Assembly (NCBI RefSeq): GCF_963921235.1
Contig: NC_086098.1
Location: 237,584,001-237,648,000 of the forward strand
Source: Mobula hypostoma
Taxonomy: Eukaryota
DNA length: 64,000 nt
Direction: 5' to 3'
This document shows positions 1 to 14,554 of the stretch, piece after piece. Every line of letters begins with the position of its first letter. Position 1 is the first letter of the stretch. A program made the position numbers and the translations under genes. A model generated the notes under the pieces. The model did no database searches, was not told the origin of the DNA, and saw only the letters and a program-made list of their open reading frames with translations.

Positions 1-137
1 CGGCAGTCAATCTTGCAGTGTGCACCGGCTGGGATGGAGGAGGGACATTGCTCCTTTAAGCAACTGCCTCCTCCACCGGCAGCTCCGAGAAAAACAACTG
101 GCCCCGCCTTTACACTTCCTCCAATCAGCCCTCTTTC

Positions 138-268
138 NNNNNNNNNNNNNNNNNNNNNNNNNNNNNNNNNNNNNNNNNNNNNNNNNNNNNNNNNNNNNNN
201 NNNNNNNNNNNNNNNNNNNNNNNNNNNNNNNNNNNNNNNNNNNNNNNNNNNNNNNNNNNNNNNNNNNN
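138..268. other. Assembly gap (run of N)
   Basis: 131 consecutive N. Confidence 0.99.
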
Positions 269-884
269 GGAATAAACATGCTATCCTCATTTCCTCTCGC
301 CTGTCACCTCCGATACTGCTGGTGTTCACTTGCTCCCATGAATTTAACGTAATCCCAGAAAAATCAGGGATAAAGAACTGGTACATTCCAAGCTGCAGGC
401 GTAGATGCTGAGAGACGCATTGAAGTTTGGAGCTGGCACCACAGGGCAGGGTTCTTACGCCCCTCGAGAGGGAGGGGCCGGTTTGGGCGAAGAAGCCTGT
501 CAATTATAGTGGCAGTGTATCACCCTCAGGGGGCCGAATGAGTACCGAGCCATCTGTGCACTACTGCTGAGAAAGTGCTTCATTTGCTGCTGGAAGTGGG
601 GGAGTGGGGAGCGAGCGGACGGGGCATCGTCCTCTCCGAGGGAGGAGCAGTAAGTACAGCGCTACATATTGCCAGAGTGGGGGACTGACTTGTCGAAAAA
701 GGTATGATGAGGGAGAGCCTTGCTGTCAGACGGTGTTCCGAATGCAATCCTAGGCACTCCGCTGTCACTACGCCAGCACCAAGGGCAGCTGGGGGTCACA
801 ACACTGAATGGGAAAATGGCACCTGAGTTCCTCTGTGAGATCTTACTATGATTAGTGCGGCTGCTGCACTTAGTGCGTTATAAG

Positions 885-1785
885 ACCATATGACATAGGA
901 GCATAATGAGGCCACTCCGCCACTCCATCTTTCTTGAACCCCATTTTCCTGCCTTCTTTGATTCCCAGCCTAATCAAGAATCATCCTCCGCTTTAAATAT
1001 ACGCAATGACTTGGCCTCTCACGGCGTCTGTGGCGATTAAGTCCTCATATTTATCACCCTCTGGCTGAAGCAATCCTTCCAAATTCCGGTTCCAGTTCTC
1101 AATGGACGTCCATCTATTCTGAGGCCGTGCACTCTTGTTCCAGACTCGCCCACATTGGACCTGACATGAGGAATGGAATCAGCAAGGAATTCTGCTTTAA
1201 GATGACTATGATGCCCAAAAGAAGCTGTGGGTTTACTTTGCGTTACTGAACATTTTTCTTTATCTAAGGAAGGATGTGCTAGCATTGGAGAACGTGCAGA
1301 GGAGGTTTACGAGAATGTCCCCGGGCCCGAAAGATTAAACTATAAGGAGCTATTAAACTATGATGGCTATGGGTTTGTACTCGCTGGAGTTTAGAATAAT
1401 AAGGGTGTGTGTGGGGGTGGGGGGGGTCTATCTAATATTGAAAGGCCTTAATGAAATGTTGGTAGAGAGTATGTTCCCTCCAGTGAGGGAGTCTAGGAAT
1501 AGAGGCACAGCGTAGAATCGAAGAATGTCCAATTTTGAAGAGAGATGATGAGGAATTTACCCAGAGGGTGGTGAATCTGTGGAATTCATTGCCACAGACG
1601 TCTGCGTTAGAAAGTCGTTGGGTATATTTAGAGCAGAGATTGGTCGGTACTTGACTAGTGAGGGCTTCAAAGGTACAGGAGAATGGGGTTGAGAAGGATG
1701 ATAAATCAGCCATGACGGAATGGTGCAGCAGACCCGATGGGCAGAATGGCCTGACTCTGCTCCTCTGTCATATGATCTTATGGTT
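885..1785. mobile_element. Two CR1 LINE 3' fragments in opposite orientations (about 885-1200 minus, 1230-1785 plus)
   Basis: Decayed CR1 ORF2 C-terminus (GGAGAACGTGCAGAGGAGGTTTAC, GAGGGTGGTGAATCTGTGGAATTC) with a TATGATCTTATG-type tail; an inverted CATAAGAC-type tail lies near 885. Confidence 0.75.
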
Positions 1786-2109
1786 TATTTTGAGAAAGCG
1801 GAATCAGTTTAGGATCCAGAAACAATTTTGAGCTGATGGTGATTGTGGAAGAGACGTTGCTGTAAATGCGTAGTGACTGGGTTCTGCCAGTAAGGAAATC
1901 CAGGATCCAGTTGTGCAAGGAGGGGTAGAGGCCTAGATCTTGGCCTATTGATCCGCCTCGAGGAGCTAATAGCTAAATCCGGGAGAATGATGAGTGTTTG
2001 ATGGCTATTGGCTTGTACTCACCCATTTGTTAGGTTTCGCTATATTTCCCTGATGGGTAATAAATTTAATTAAAACAGCGATACAGGGATTTACCTCTTA
2101 ATTTTATCA

Positions 2110-2370
2110 TATTAGCCCTGCCTATCCCTCTGTTCACTCCTGTTTCTGTCTGTTTCTCAATCTTTCTCTATATCTGGCTGTGTCTTCCCGTCTGTTGTAT
2201 GTCTGCCTGTATGCCATTATCCTTCTCTCCGTCTCACCATCCCCCTTTCCGTCTACCCATCCATTCTGTGTCTTCGTCTGTCTATATCCCTCTCTCTCTC
2301 TCTCTCACCCATTTCTCCTATCTTTCTCTCCCTTTCTTTCCCCTCACTCTACCTCTGCTCTCACTATGTC
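2110..2370. repeat. CT-rich low-complexity tract
   Basis: Pyrimidine-rich stretch with (CT)n and TCTG-like units. Confidence 0.8.
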
Positions 2371-2960
2371 CCGAGATCCTATGCTGATTAATGCCATCTC
2401 CTGATCCTGCCCCATGACCGTTGTTGGATATACTCATTAAGTGTGTGGTTACACCTGTTTTACCGTTTGGCACTTCACAGTCTGGTTCTTTGTGCTAACC
2501 CATCTCTGTTATGAATCCCGCAGGTAACCTCTGGAGCTGAGCAAGATGAGATGAGGTGAGACATCCGATAACCACGGTGATCATCTGGTACAGGCTCCGT
2601 GTATGAACACGGGTCTCCAAGATGTTAACTGTCAAGTTGCCCCACCTATTAACCAACCACCAAGTTCCTAGAGTAAGCCCAAGCAAACTGGTATCTTCTC
2701 TAAGCATCCTGTACACAGGGAATTACATCACAAACTGATATCATAAGGTGAAACAAAGTAGATCAAGCCAAGGACTACAATCTGTAAGACAGGGGAGGCG
2801 AAAGGTAAGTATAACAAATAGGACAATAGTAGATGGAATTTCTATCATCAGCATATACATTGTGGGCTGTTGGGCCTGTTATGTGCTCTTTCACTCCAAA
2901 GCATTTTTGTATACAATCACATACATGCACCGGATATTCCTGGGAATCACTTTATTTGTT

Positions 2961-2983
2961 AACAACAACAACAACAACAACAA
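2961..2983. repeat. (AAC)n microsatellite
   Basis: Seven AAC units. Confidence 0.95.
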
Positions 2984-4345
2984 AACAAAAGAGAGAAATC
3001 GATCACCACAAATAATTATTAATCCTGGGCATATCCCATTGTTCTTGTCTGTCACGCCCCACTGACCAGCCTTCATTCTGACGGGCGTTACATCGTTCAA
3101 TTCTGGGAGTTTAAGTCTCAGCTTTGAACTATTAGGTTTAAGTTGTATTGGGGTAGGGGAGTGCTGAGGGAAGGACACAACATGCTTGCAGAGAGTAAGG
3201 AGTGCTGTACTATGGAACTTGTGATGTTTTGAATTAATTTTCTAATCAACCGCCCATCGACCTGCTCCAGGGATACGATTGAACACAATATTTATCCTGC
3301 AGTCACCACGACAACACTAACCAGACAATTTTCTATCTGTGACATCTTGCGCATAAATTAGCCGATTTCATATCGTAGCGTTTCCTAGTCTGTAGGGAGT
3401 GGTGCTTCAAAGATTCCTGGTGCGAGGAGCTGGGGAAATTTTGGGCCGTATTAACCGTTTGTTCTCTGCGCTGCCACCCCATCCACGTCCGCAGGTTTTC
3501 CGAGAGAATGGCATGGTGAGCGGCTACATTAACCCACAGACTTCAACCACGGACTGCCTGCGCAGCACGTTCCATCTGACTAACAAGATCTATTTCCTCC
3601 CCAATTTGGTAGGCGTTGGAGCCAAACATGGCAACAGGGTAAAATGTCGCCGGCAGCAAAACCTCAGAGGCTCTTCGGCCCCTCGGCTCCGAGCTTGTGT
3701 TCACTGCTCTACTCACACCTCATCCCACCTGAAATAAGTAAAAGCGGCGGTGGAATAGGTGAACGCCCGAGGATTCAGTACAATGCAGGATGGTGTTCAG
3801 AATGAAAAGTGGTTTGTTATTGAACTGGAATAAGTTCGAAATTTCCAGGAGACTCCCAGTCTTCACGATGGCCCCATCTGCGCGTGTGCATCAAGATGTA
3901 TGGAACTGGAGTTGCACCTTTGTCTTGCTAGTGAAAGTGAAACAGTGATAGACTGAAGCTACGGGGTGGCAGTTACCCCAAGGTTACAGGAGAAAGATAA
4001 ATCAGTGATTGTCACAAGTGGGAAGGGAAAAAGTCATACAGAGGACAGCAAACCTGTGGCCGTCCTCAGATACAACAAGTACTCCATTTGAGTATGGTTG
4101 AGGAGGGAACGATCTACCTGGGAGAAACAACAGCGGCGTGCCTCTGGCACGCAGTGTGGCTCTGTGGTTCAGAAGGGTAGGGAACTGAAGACGATAGAAG
4201 CAGTAATACGGGACTCCATGGTCAGGAGGACAGATAGCAGATACTGGGACGTGAAGATGAAACATGAATTGTAGTTTGTCTCGCAAGAGCCAGGGTCCAA
4301 GATGATTCTGGACGGATCCGTAATAACCTGAAAAGGGAAGGTGAG

Positions 4346-4990
4346 CAGCCAGAATTAATGGTACATTAGATTAGATTACATTAGATTAGATTATAAGGAC
4401 ATGCAGTACTCTTTTATTATCATTTAGTAATGCATGCATTAAGAAATGATGCAATTTGTTCCTTCAGAATGATATCACAGAAAAGAAGACAAACCAAGAG
4501 TAAAAAAAAACTGACAAAAACAACATAATTATAACATGTAGTTACAACAGTGCAAAGCAATACCTTAATTTAATGAAGAACAGACCATGGGCACGTAAAA
4601 GAAAGTCTCAAAGTCTCTGGAAAGTCCCATCATCTCAAGCAGAGAGTTGAAGGGAGAAATGTTCCCTGCCATGAGCTTCCAGCGCCGCAATCCTGCCGAT
4701 GCAGCATCCTGGAAGCACCCTGACCACATTCCGACTCTGAGTCCGACCGAAAATTTCGAGCCTCCTAGCCGCCCTCCGACACCGAGCACCATCGCTGCCG
4801 ATCGCTTCGACCCCGGCTCCGGCAACAGGCAATTGGGAAAGCCGAGGAATTGGGGCCTTCCCGTCCGGACATACTCGATCGCAGAGTAGCAGCGGCAGAG
4901 AATCAGGCATTTCAGACGTTTCTCCAGATGTTCCTTCTTGCTTCTTCACGTCTGTCTCTACCAAATCAGGATTCTGCACAGCATCCTACT
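4346..4990 (-). mobile_element. Non-autonomous retroposon with (CTAAT)n tail
   Basis: ATTAG repeats at 4346-4392 followed by TTTATT (AATAAA on minus) and a GC-rich body without a recognisable ORF. Confidence 0.55.
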
Positions 4991-5074
4991 TCACAAATGC
5001 CACATCATTCGGAGCAAGAGGATAAGACGTGAGGGAATAGGACCAATCAAGTGTGACACCAAAAGAACGCTGCT

Positions 5075-6143
5075 TTGTGGATCCAGAATTGGCTTGCTCA
5101 CAGAAGGCAAAAAGTAGTTGTAAATGGTTCACATTCTGCATGAAGGTCCGTGACAGTGGTGGGCCTTAAGGATCTGTTCTGGGACCCCTTCTCTTCGTGA
5201 TTTTTATAAATTACCTGGATAAGGAAGTCGAGGGATGGGTTAGTAAATATGCCGATAACACAAAAGTTGGAGATGTTATGGAGGGCTGTCAGAGGTTACA
5301 ACAGGACATTGATAGAATGCAAAACTGGGCTGAGATTTGGCAGATGGAGTTCAACCCAGGTAGTCTGAGGTAGTTTATGATGGTAGGTCAAATATGATGG
5401 CAGAATAGAGAATTAATGGTTAGACTTCTTGCAGTGTGGAGGATCAGAGAGATCTTGGGGTCCGAGTCCATAGGGCACTTAAGGCTGCTGCGCAGGTTAA
5501 CTGTGTGGTCAGGAAGGCATACGGTACATTGGCCTTCATCAACCGCGGCATTGAGTTTAAGAGTGGTGAGCTAATGTTACAGCTCTATAGGACCCTGGTC
5601 GAACCCACTAAGAGTACTGTGCTCAGTTCTGGTCACCTCACTACAGGACGTATGTGGCAACTATAGAAAGGGTACAGAGGAGATTAATAAGGATGTTGTC
5701 TGGATTGGGAAGATTGACCCATGAGAATTAGTTGAGCTAAGTAGCCCTTTTCTCCTTGGATGGACGAAAGATGAGAGGTGACCTGATAGAGTTGTATAAG
5801 ATAATGAGAGGCATTGATCGTGTGGATAGTTTGAGGCTTTTTCCCGGGGCTGAAATGACTAACACGAGAGGGCACAATCTTAAGGTGCTTGGAAGTAGAT
5901 ACAAAAGATATGTCAAAGCAAGTATTTTTTACGCAGAGGGTGGTGAGGACATAGAATGAGCTGCCGGCGACTGTGGTGGAGGCAGATACGATAGGGTCTT
6001 TGAAGAGGCTCCTGGATGAGTACATGGAGCTTAGGAAAATAGAGGGCTATGGATAAACCTAAGTAATCTCTAAAGTAAGTACATGTTCGGCACAGCATTG
6101 TGGGCCGAAATGCCTGTATTGTGCTGTCGATTTTATATGTTTC
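5075..6143 (+). mobile_element. 5'-truncated, decayed CR1 LINE (RT and C-terminus)
   Basis: ORF fragments EDQRDLGVRVHRALK and MRGDLIELYKIMRGIDRVD; TATGTTTC tail at about 6135-6143. Confidence 0.9.
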
Positions 6144-6146
6144 TAT

Positions 6147-9100
6147 GTTTCTATATTGGTACCAATGACATGGGAAGAAAAAGGGTGAAGGTCAAGAAAG
6201 CAGAATACAGGGATGTTAAGAAGGAACCTGAGAAGCTGGCCCTCAAATTTAGTGATCTCGGTGTCGCTGCCTCAGCCATACGACAGTGAGGGTAAGAATA
6301 AAATAAGATGGTGGCAGATAAATACGTGGCTGAAGAATAGGAGCAGGGGGCAGAGATTTAAATTTCTGGATATTTGGGACCTCTCCTGTGCAGGTCAGAC
6401 CTGTACAAAAGAGAAACATAGAAACACAGAAACATAGAAAATAGGTGTAGGAGTAGGCCATTCTGCCCTTCGAGCCTGCACCGCCATTTAGTATGATCAT
6501 GGCTGATCATCCAACTCAGAACCCTGTACTAGCCGTCCCTCCATACCCACTGATCCCTTTAGCCACAAGGGCCATATCTAACTTCCTCTTAAATATAGCC
6601 AATGAACTGGCCTCAACTGTTTCCTGTCGCACAGAATTCCGCAGATTCACCACTCTCTGTGTTAAGAGGTTTTTCCTAATCTCGATCCTAAAAGGCTTCC
6701 CCTTTATCCTCAAACTGTGTCCCCTCGTTCTGGACTTCCCCAACATCGGGAAAAATCTTCCTGCATCGAGCCTGTCCAATCCCTTTAGGATTTTATATGT
6801 TTCAATAAGATCCCCCCTCAATCTTCTAAATTTCAACGGGTATAAACCTAGTCGATCCAGTCGTTCATCATATGAAAGTCCTGCCATCCCAGGAATCAAT
6901 CTGGTGAACCTTCTTTGTACTACCTCTATGGCAGGGATATCTTTCCTCAGATTAGGGGACCAAAACTGCAACTGTAGTAGAACCTCCCTGCTCCTGTATT
7001 CGAATCCTCTTGCTATGAATGCCAGCATACCATTCGCCGTTTTCACCGCCTGCTGTACCCGCATGCGCACTTTGAATGACTGATGTATAATGACACCCAG
7101 GTCTCGTTGCACCACCCTTTTTCCCAATCGGCCACCATTCAGATAATAATCTGTTTTCTGTTTTTGCCACCAAACGTCACATTTATCCACATTAAATTGC
7201 ATCTGCCATGAATTTGTCCACTCACCTAACCTATCCAAGTCGCCCTGCATCCTCTTAGCATCCTCCTCACAGCTAACAGTGCCACCCAGCTTCGTGTCAT
7301 CCGCAAACATGGAGAAGCTGCATTTACTTTCCTCGTCTGTCATTAATATATATTGTAAACAACTGGGGTTCCAGCACTGAGCCTTGCGATACCCCACTAG
7401 TCACTGCCTGCAATTTTGAGAAGGTCACGTTTATTCCCACTCTTTGCTTCCTGCCTGCCAACCAATTCTCTATCCACGTCAATACCTTACCCCCAATACC
7501 GTGTGCTTTAAGGTTGCACACTAATCTCCTGTGTGGGACCTTGTCAAAAGCCTTTTGAAAATCCAAATATACAACATCCACTGGTTCTCCCCTATCCACT
7601 CAACTAGTTTCATTCTCAAAAAAAAACAATGAGATTTGTCAGACATGATTTTCCTTTCACAAATCCATGCTGACTTTGTCCGATGATTTCACCGCTTTCC
7701 AAATGTGCTGTTATCACATCTTTGATAACTGACTCTAGCATTTTCCCCACCACCGGTGTTAGTCTAACCGGTCTATAATTCCCCGGTTTCTCTCTCCTTC
7801 CTTTTTTAAAGAGTGGGGTTACATTAGCCACCCTGCAATCCTCAGGAACTAGTCCAGAATCTAAAGAGTTTTGAAAAATTATCACTAATGCACCCACTAT
7901 TTCTTGGCTACTTCCTTAAGCACTCTGGGATGCAGACCATCTGGCCCTGGGGATTTATCTGCCTTTAATCCCTTCAATTTACCTAACACCACTTCCCTAC
8001 TAACATGTATTTCCCTCAGTTCACCCATCTCACAGGACCTTCTGTCCCCTACTATTTCCAGAAGATTATTTATGTCCTCCTTAGTGAAGAGAGAACCAAA
8101 GTAGTTATTCAATTGGTCTGCCATGTCCTTGCTCCCCATAATCAATTCACCTGTTTCTGTCTGTTGGGGACCTACATTTGTCTTAACCAAACTTTTTCTT
8201 TTCACATTTCTATAAAAGCTTGTACAGTCAGTGTTTATGTTCCCTGCCAGTTTTCTCGAATAATCCTTTTTCCCTTTCCTAATTAAGCCCTTTGTCCTCT
8301 TCTGCTGGACTCTGAATTTCGCCCAGTCCTCAGGTGAGCCACTTTTGCTGCTAATTTGTATGTTTCTTCTTTGGAATTGATACTATCCCTAATTTCCCTT
8401 GTCAGCCACGGGTGCACTACCATTCTTGATTTATTCTTTTGCCAAATTGGGATGAACAGTTGTTGTAGTTCATCCATGCGATCTTTAAATGCTTGCCATT
8501 GCATATCCACCGTCAACCCTTTAAATGTCAGTCTATCTTATCTAATTCACGTCTCATACCTTCAAAGTTACCCTTCTTTAAGTTTAGAGACGGTTCGCAT
8601 GGGAATCCCAGGGGGACAAATAGTCTTTCGAGCAGATTTATCAGAGCTTTTAGAAGTCGTTTGAACTAATATGGCAGGGGGATAGGAACCAGTATGGTAG
8701 AGCTGAGGATGCGCCAGCATGTTGACCAGTAGATGATGGGTATAAAATGAACGTAAGAAATAACAAGCCATTGATTGTGTAGAAATGCAAACAGAGCAAA
8801 CAGTTAAATTTTACAGCGCAAAATTCATAAGGGCGAAAAATGCAGGAATGAAGTTGATGTATTTAAATGCGCAAAGCATTTGGAACGAAGTGGACAAACT
8901 CGTGACGCAATTAGAGATTTGTTGTAATGACGTTGTAGGAATCACTGAGTTGTGTTTGAAAGAAGGCCAGAGCTGGGAGCTTAACATCAAGGGATATAGT
9001 TTGCATTGAAAGGACGGGAAGGAAGGCATAGCTGGTGGTTTCGTTCTATTGGTAAGGGGTGGAATTACGTCTTTAGAAAGAGTTGACATAGGGTCAGGGA

Positions 9101-10330
9101 ATGTTGAATCTTTCTGGGTTAAGTTAAGAAATTGCAAGAGTGAAAATAAAACATTATGAGAATCATGTATAGGTATTCTGGGAATCATACATCCGCCTCC
9201 AAATAGTAGCCAGGATGTGGGATTGAGATAGCAAATGCAGCTGCAAAAGACATTTAATTAGGGTAATGCAACAATTGTAATTGTAATTTTCAATATGCAT
9301 GGAGATTGAGAAAGTCAATTTTGGGTCGGATGGCACACAGGGTATTAGTTGGTGCCTGAGAGACAGTTTTTTGAAGCAACTTCTGCTTAAGCCTAGTTGG
9401 TGTTGTATAATAACTCAGATCCTATCAGAGAGTTTAACGTCATGGAACACTCAGGAGGCAGTGATTATATGATTGAATTCCTACTGTAATTTGAAAGGGA
9501 GAAACGGAACTCATATGTATCAGTATCGCAATAGAATAAAGGGAATTACAGAGGCATGACACAGGAGCTTCCGAGGTGGCTTGGAGAAGGATACTGGCGG
9601 GGATGACGGAAGAGCAAAGTTAGCTGAATTTTCTGGGAATAGTTCACAAGTCGCGTGATAGATATTTCCCACAGAGGACGATGGTCTCAAATGGCAGCAG
9701 TGGCTGACAAAGGAAATTACGGACTGCATAAAAGCCAAGGAAAGGACATATAAGATATATAAGATAGCAAAATTGTGTGGGAAACTTTTAAGATCCAATA
9801 AAAGGCAACTAAAAAGCTACAAGAAAATAAAGGATGAAATATGAGGACAGACTAGCCAATAATATAAAGCAGGATAACAGAATATTTCAGTTAGATAAAG
9901 AGTAAAAGGGTGGTAAGAGTTGATAGTGGACCACTGGAGAATGATGCTGGTGATGTAGTAATGGGTGACAAAGAAATGGCAGATGATCTTAATGGGTACT
10001 TTGCATTTGTCTTCACTGTGGATGTTACTAGCAGTATGTCAGAGGTCCGTGAGTGTTAGGGAGCAGGAGTGAGTGTAATTACTATTACAAATGAAAACTT
10101 GATAGGCAGACTGAAAGGTCTTAAGGTGGCTGAGAGAGGTGGCTGAAGATCTAACGGATGCATTGGTCATGATCTTTCAAGAATGACTTCACTCTGGCAT
10201 GGACCGAAGGAATAGAAGATTACAAATTCTTGACACTTTAAGAGAGGAAATTATAGGCCAGTTAGTCTAATCTCAGTGGCTGTGGAAGTGTTGGAGTCTA
10301 TCACTGAGGATGAGGTTTTGAGGTACTTGA
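6147..10330 (+). mobile_element. Old CR1 LINE (ORF1 esterase-like piece and ORF2 endonuclease/RT remnants), interrupted by the minus-strand CR1 at 6412-8620
   Basis: IGTNDMGRK motif at about 6157; APE-like LMYLNAQSIWNEVDKL at about 8860; decayed ORF2 to about 10330. Confidence 0.7.
6412..8620 (-). mobile_element. CR1 LINE, 5'-truncated, frameshifted ORF2
   Basis: ORF pieces KADKSPGPDGLHP, VYLDFQKAFDKVPH and FADDTKLGG; (ACATAGAA)n tail at 6415-6440. Same subfamily as 26853-28634. Confidence 0.95.
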
Positions 10331-10689
10331 TTTTCAGACGTACAGAGTGCAGATACGAATGCTGGAGAGGCTCAGGAAAATTCACTGGGGCAATCTAAGA
10401 ACAAACAGTGAAAACAGAGGACTGAAATACACTGAGCAATAAACAGAGAGGCAGATGATAGGTGGAGCACAATGAGACGGAAGTGGCAGCAAAACAGGTA
10501 ATAATGAGAAACAGGTGAGAGGCGGAGTCCTCCATAGTAGAAGGGCCGGAGTACAGTAGGAGCGGAGACAGGAGCACATCGGACATGAAAAGAAACAAGA
10601 GCACATGGCAATACAAAACGGCAGACTGAGGGCAAGAGGGAAAACACACTAAAATTCGAGGTTCAGCTGGAGGTAATGATAAGTACAGC

Positions 10690-10850
10690 ATCCTCCACGT
10701 TCTCTGGTTTCCTTCCATAGTCAAAAGAAGTACCGGTTGGGAAGGTTAGCTGAATATTGTAAATTGTCCTGTGATTGCGCTTGGGACAAAAGACTGGGTT
10801 GCTGGGCGGTGCGAAGGCCCTGTTACGCACTGTATCTCTGAATGAATAAA
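10690..10850 (+). mobile_element. V-SINE (HE1-like) fragment
   Basis: Decayed V-domain-like CTCTGGTTTCCTTCCATAGTCAAAAG...GTAAATTGTCCTGTGATT. Confidence 0.5.
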
Positions 10851-11233
10851 AGAAATAATTGGACAGATAGATACGCAGATAGACAGTTAGATAGATAGGT
10901 AAATGTATAGATACCAAATAAATACACGTTGTGGCCGAAGGGGTGGTGACACTTCCGGTCCGTCCCCAGCACAATCTTTATTGAATTGGCTTGACGCAAA
11001 CGGCGCTATATGTTTGTGTCTACGTATGCCAAATAAAGCTAATGTTTTATAATATGCAACGTATTTTATTTAAGTTCATTGGTTTTTCTGTTTTTAGTGT
11101 TTTATTGTGCGCTTGACAGTCTCAGTGTTTTCAAATATGTTTTCAAACTTAAAAAGTGTTGATTATTCCAGCATACCAAGTGTGGGCGTCATTTGCCCGA
11201 TCGTTCATTTGACTTTTATCTTATAGACAGGAT

Positions 11234-14010
11234 TTATAGAACATATAACATAGAACAGAGAATAGTACAGCACAGTACAGGCCCTTCGGCCCACAATGTT
11301 GTGCCGACCCTCAAACCCTGCATCCCATATAAGCCCCCACCTTAGATTCCTCCATATAACAGTCTAGTTGTCTCTTAAACTTCACTAGTGTATCTGCCTC
11401 CACCACTGCACCAACCACTCTCTGAGTAAAAAACCTTCCTCTAATAGACCCCTTGAACTTCACACCCCTTACCTTAAAGCCATGTCCTCTTGTAATGAGT
11501 AGTGGTGCCCTGGGGAAGAGGCGCTGGCTATCCACTCTCTCTATTCCTCTTATTATCTTGTACACCTCTATCATGTCTCGTCTCATCTTCCTTCTCTCCA
11601 AAGAGTAAAGCCCTAGCTCCCTTAATCTCTGATCATAATGCATACTTTCTAAACCAGGCAGCATCCTGGTAAATCTCCTCTGTACCCTTTCCGATGCTTC
11701 CACATCCTTCCTATAGTGAGGTGACCAGAACTGGACACAGTACTCCAATTGTGGCCTAACCAGAGTTTTATAAAGCTGCATCATTACATCGCGACTCTTA
11801 AACTCTATCCCTCGGCTTATGAAAGCTAGCACGCCATAAGCTTTCTTAACTACCCTATCCACCTGTGAGGCAACTTTCAGAGATCTGTGGACATGTACCC
11901 CGAGATCCCTCTGCTCCTCCACACTACAAGTATCCTGCCATTTACTTTGTATTGTGCCTTGGAGTTTGTCCTTCCAAAGTGTACAACCTCACACTTCTCC
12001 GGGTTGAACTCCATCTGCCACTTCTCAACCCACTTCTGCATCCTATCAATGTCTCTCTGCAATCTTTGACAATCCTCTACACTATCTACAACACCACCAA
12101 CCTTTGTGTCGTCTGCAAACTTGCCAACCCACCCTTCTAACCCCCACATCCAGGTCGTTATTAAAAATCACGAAAAGTAGAGGTCCCAGAACAAATCCTT
12201 GTGGGACACCACTAGTCACAATCCTCCAATCTGAATGTGCTCCCTCCACCACCACCCTCTGCCTTCTGCAGGCAAGCCAATTCTGAATCCAACTGGCCAA
12301 ACTTCCCTGGATCCCATTCCTTGTAACCTTTTGAATAAGCCTACCATGTGGAACCTTGCAAATGCCTTACTAAAATCCATATAGATCACATCCACTGCAG
12401 TATCCTCATCTATATGCCTGGTCACCTCCTCAAAGCACTGTATCTGGCTTGTTAGACACGATCTGCCCTTCACAAAGCCATGCTGACTGTCCCTGATCAG
12501 ACCATGATTCTCTAAGTGCCTATATATCCTATCTCTAAGAATCTTTTCCAACAGCTTTCCCACCACAAACGTAAGGCTCACTGGTCTATAATTACCCGGA
12601 CTATCCCTACTACCTTTTTTGAACAAGGGAAAAACATACGCCTCGCTCCAATCCTCCGGTACCATTCCCGTGGACAACCAGGACATAAAGATCCTAGCCA
12701 GAGGCTCAGCTATCTCTTCTCTCTCCTCGTGGACCATCCTGGGGAATATTCCGTCAGGCCCCGGGGACTTATCTGTCCTAATGCATTTTAACAACTCCAA
12801 CACCTCCTCTCCCTGAATATCAACATGCTCCAGAACATCAACCTCACTCATATTGTCCTCACCATCATCAAGTTCTCTCTCATTGGTGAATACCGAAGAA
12901 AAGTATTCATGGAGGACCTCGCTCACTTCCACAGCCTCCAGGCACATCATCCCACCTTTATCTCTAATCGGTCCTACCTTCACTCCTGTCGTCCTTTTTT
13001 CCTTCACATAATTGAAGAATGCCTTGGGGTTTTCCTTTACCCTACTCGCCAAGGCCTTCTCATGCCCCCTTCTTGCTCTTCTCAGCCCCTTCTTCAGCTC
13101 CTTTCTTGCTTCCCTATATTCCTCAATAGACCCATCTGATCCTTGCTTCCTAAACCTCATATATGCTGCCTTGTTCCACCTGACTAGATTTTCCACCTCA
13201 CTTTGTCACCAATGGTTCCTTCACCCTACCATTCTTTATCTTCCTCACCGGGACAAATTTGTCCCTTACATTCCGCAAGAGATCTCTAAACATCGACCAC
13301 ATGTCCATAGTACATTTCCCTGCAAAAACATCATCCCAATTCACACTCGCAAGTTCTAGGCTTATAGCCTCATAATTTGCCTTTCCCCGGTTAAAAATTT
13401 CCCTGTCCTCTTTGATTCTATCCTTTTCCAGGATAATTATAAAGGCCGGGGAGCGGTGGTCACTGTCCCCCAGATGCTCACCCACTGAGAGATCTGTGAC
13501 CTGACCCGGTTCATTACTTAGTACTAGATCTAGTATGGCATTCCCCTGGTCGGCCTGTCCACATACTGTGACAGGAATCCATCCTAGACACACTTAACAA
13601 ATTCTGCCCCATCTAAACCCTTGGAACTAATCAGGTGCCAATCAATATTAGAGAAGTTAAAGTCACCTATTATAACCACCCTGTTATTTTTGCAGTTTTC
13701 CAAAAGCTGCCTCCCTATCTGCTCCTCTGTATCTCTGCTGCTACCAGGCGGCCTATAGAATACCCCCAGTAGAGTAACTGCTCCCTTCCTGTTCCTGACT
13801 TCCACCCATATTGACTCAAAAGAGGATCCTGCTACATTACCCACCCTTTCTGTAGCTGTAATAGTATACCTGACCAGTAATGCCACCCCTCCTCCCCTTT
13901 TTCCGCCCTCTCTATCCCTTTTAAAGCACTGAAATCCAGCAATATTGAGAATCCATTCCTGCCCTGGTGCCAGCCAAGTCTCTGTAATGACCACTACATC
14001 ATAATTCCAT
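11234..14010 (-). mobile_element. CR1 LINE with near-complete but frameshifted ORF2 (endonuclease and RT)
   Basis: ORFs MVITETWLAPG (endonuclease), [21 protein letters not shown] and the C-terminal domain; ACATAGAA-type tail at about 11234-11260. Confidence 0.95.
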
Positions 14011-14554
14011 GTTTTTCAATGTCGCGCAAATTGCTCTGTATTATCCATAAATAGAGTGATTAGCACAGTCCATGAACAGCTTGACACAATCCAACCAACA
14101 TAAAAACCTCATTAATGACGAAATGAGATTTCTACGCCAAATTCTTGAAAAAAAAGGAAATAAGCAGGTCAGGCAACTGTTAATAATTTATGTGAAATGC
14201 ACTGAATTCGTTGTGTGTGCGCGGAGCTAACATTGGCAGTCATCTTTACATTCGCACCGTCTATAAAGACCACGTTATTGGTCAGACAAGCTGTAACTTC
14301 AACAAAAGTAAACAGGTCTCTGTAGTCATCTCACACTTGTTTCGCGCTTCAGCAACTCTCTCCCATCTGACAATTACAGTCTTAGATCGGGCACTACAAG
14401 TTTCAATAAGAGTTCAGCCATCAGGCCCCTGAACTAAAGTTGATGACTATAATCACCACATCTCCGAAATGATTCCACAATCTATACATTCACTGTCAAA
14501 CTCATGTGCTCAGTATTGTTTGTGAATTTATCCGTTATCCCTTTAACTCTTTAC

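Noticed and set aside
420-800. GC-rich segment with a GTAAGT donor near 650 as a coding exon
   Set aside because: No recognisable peptide or acceptor, and it lies next to an assembly gap.
2507-3092. Possible solo LTR (TGTTA...TTACA ends)
   Set aside because: No target duplication and no related copy in the window.
6493-7083. Long ORFs antisense to CR1, Rex and Penelope RT regions (also 27337-28041, 55147-56022, 16727-17523)
   Set aside because: These are shadow ORFs on the opposite strand of retroelement coding sequence, with no independent gene features.
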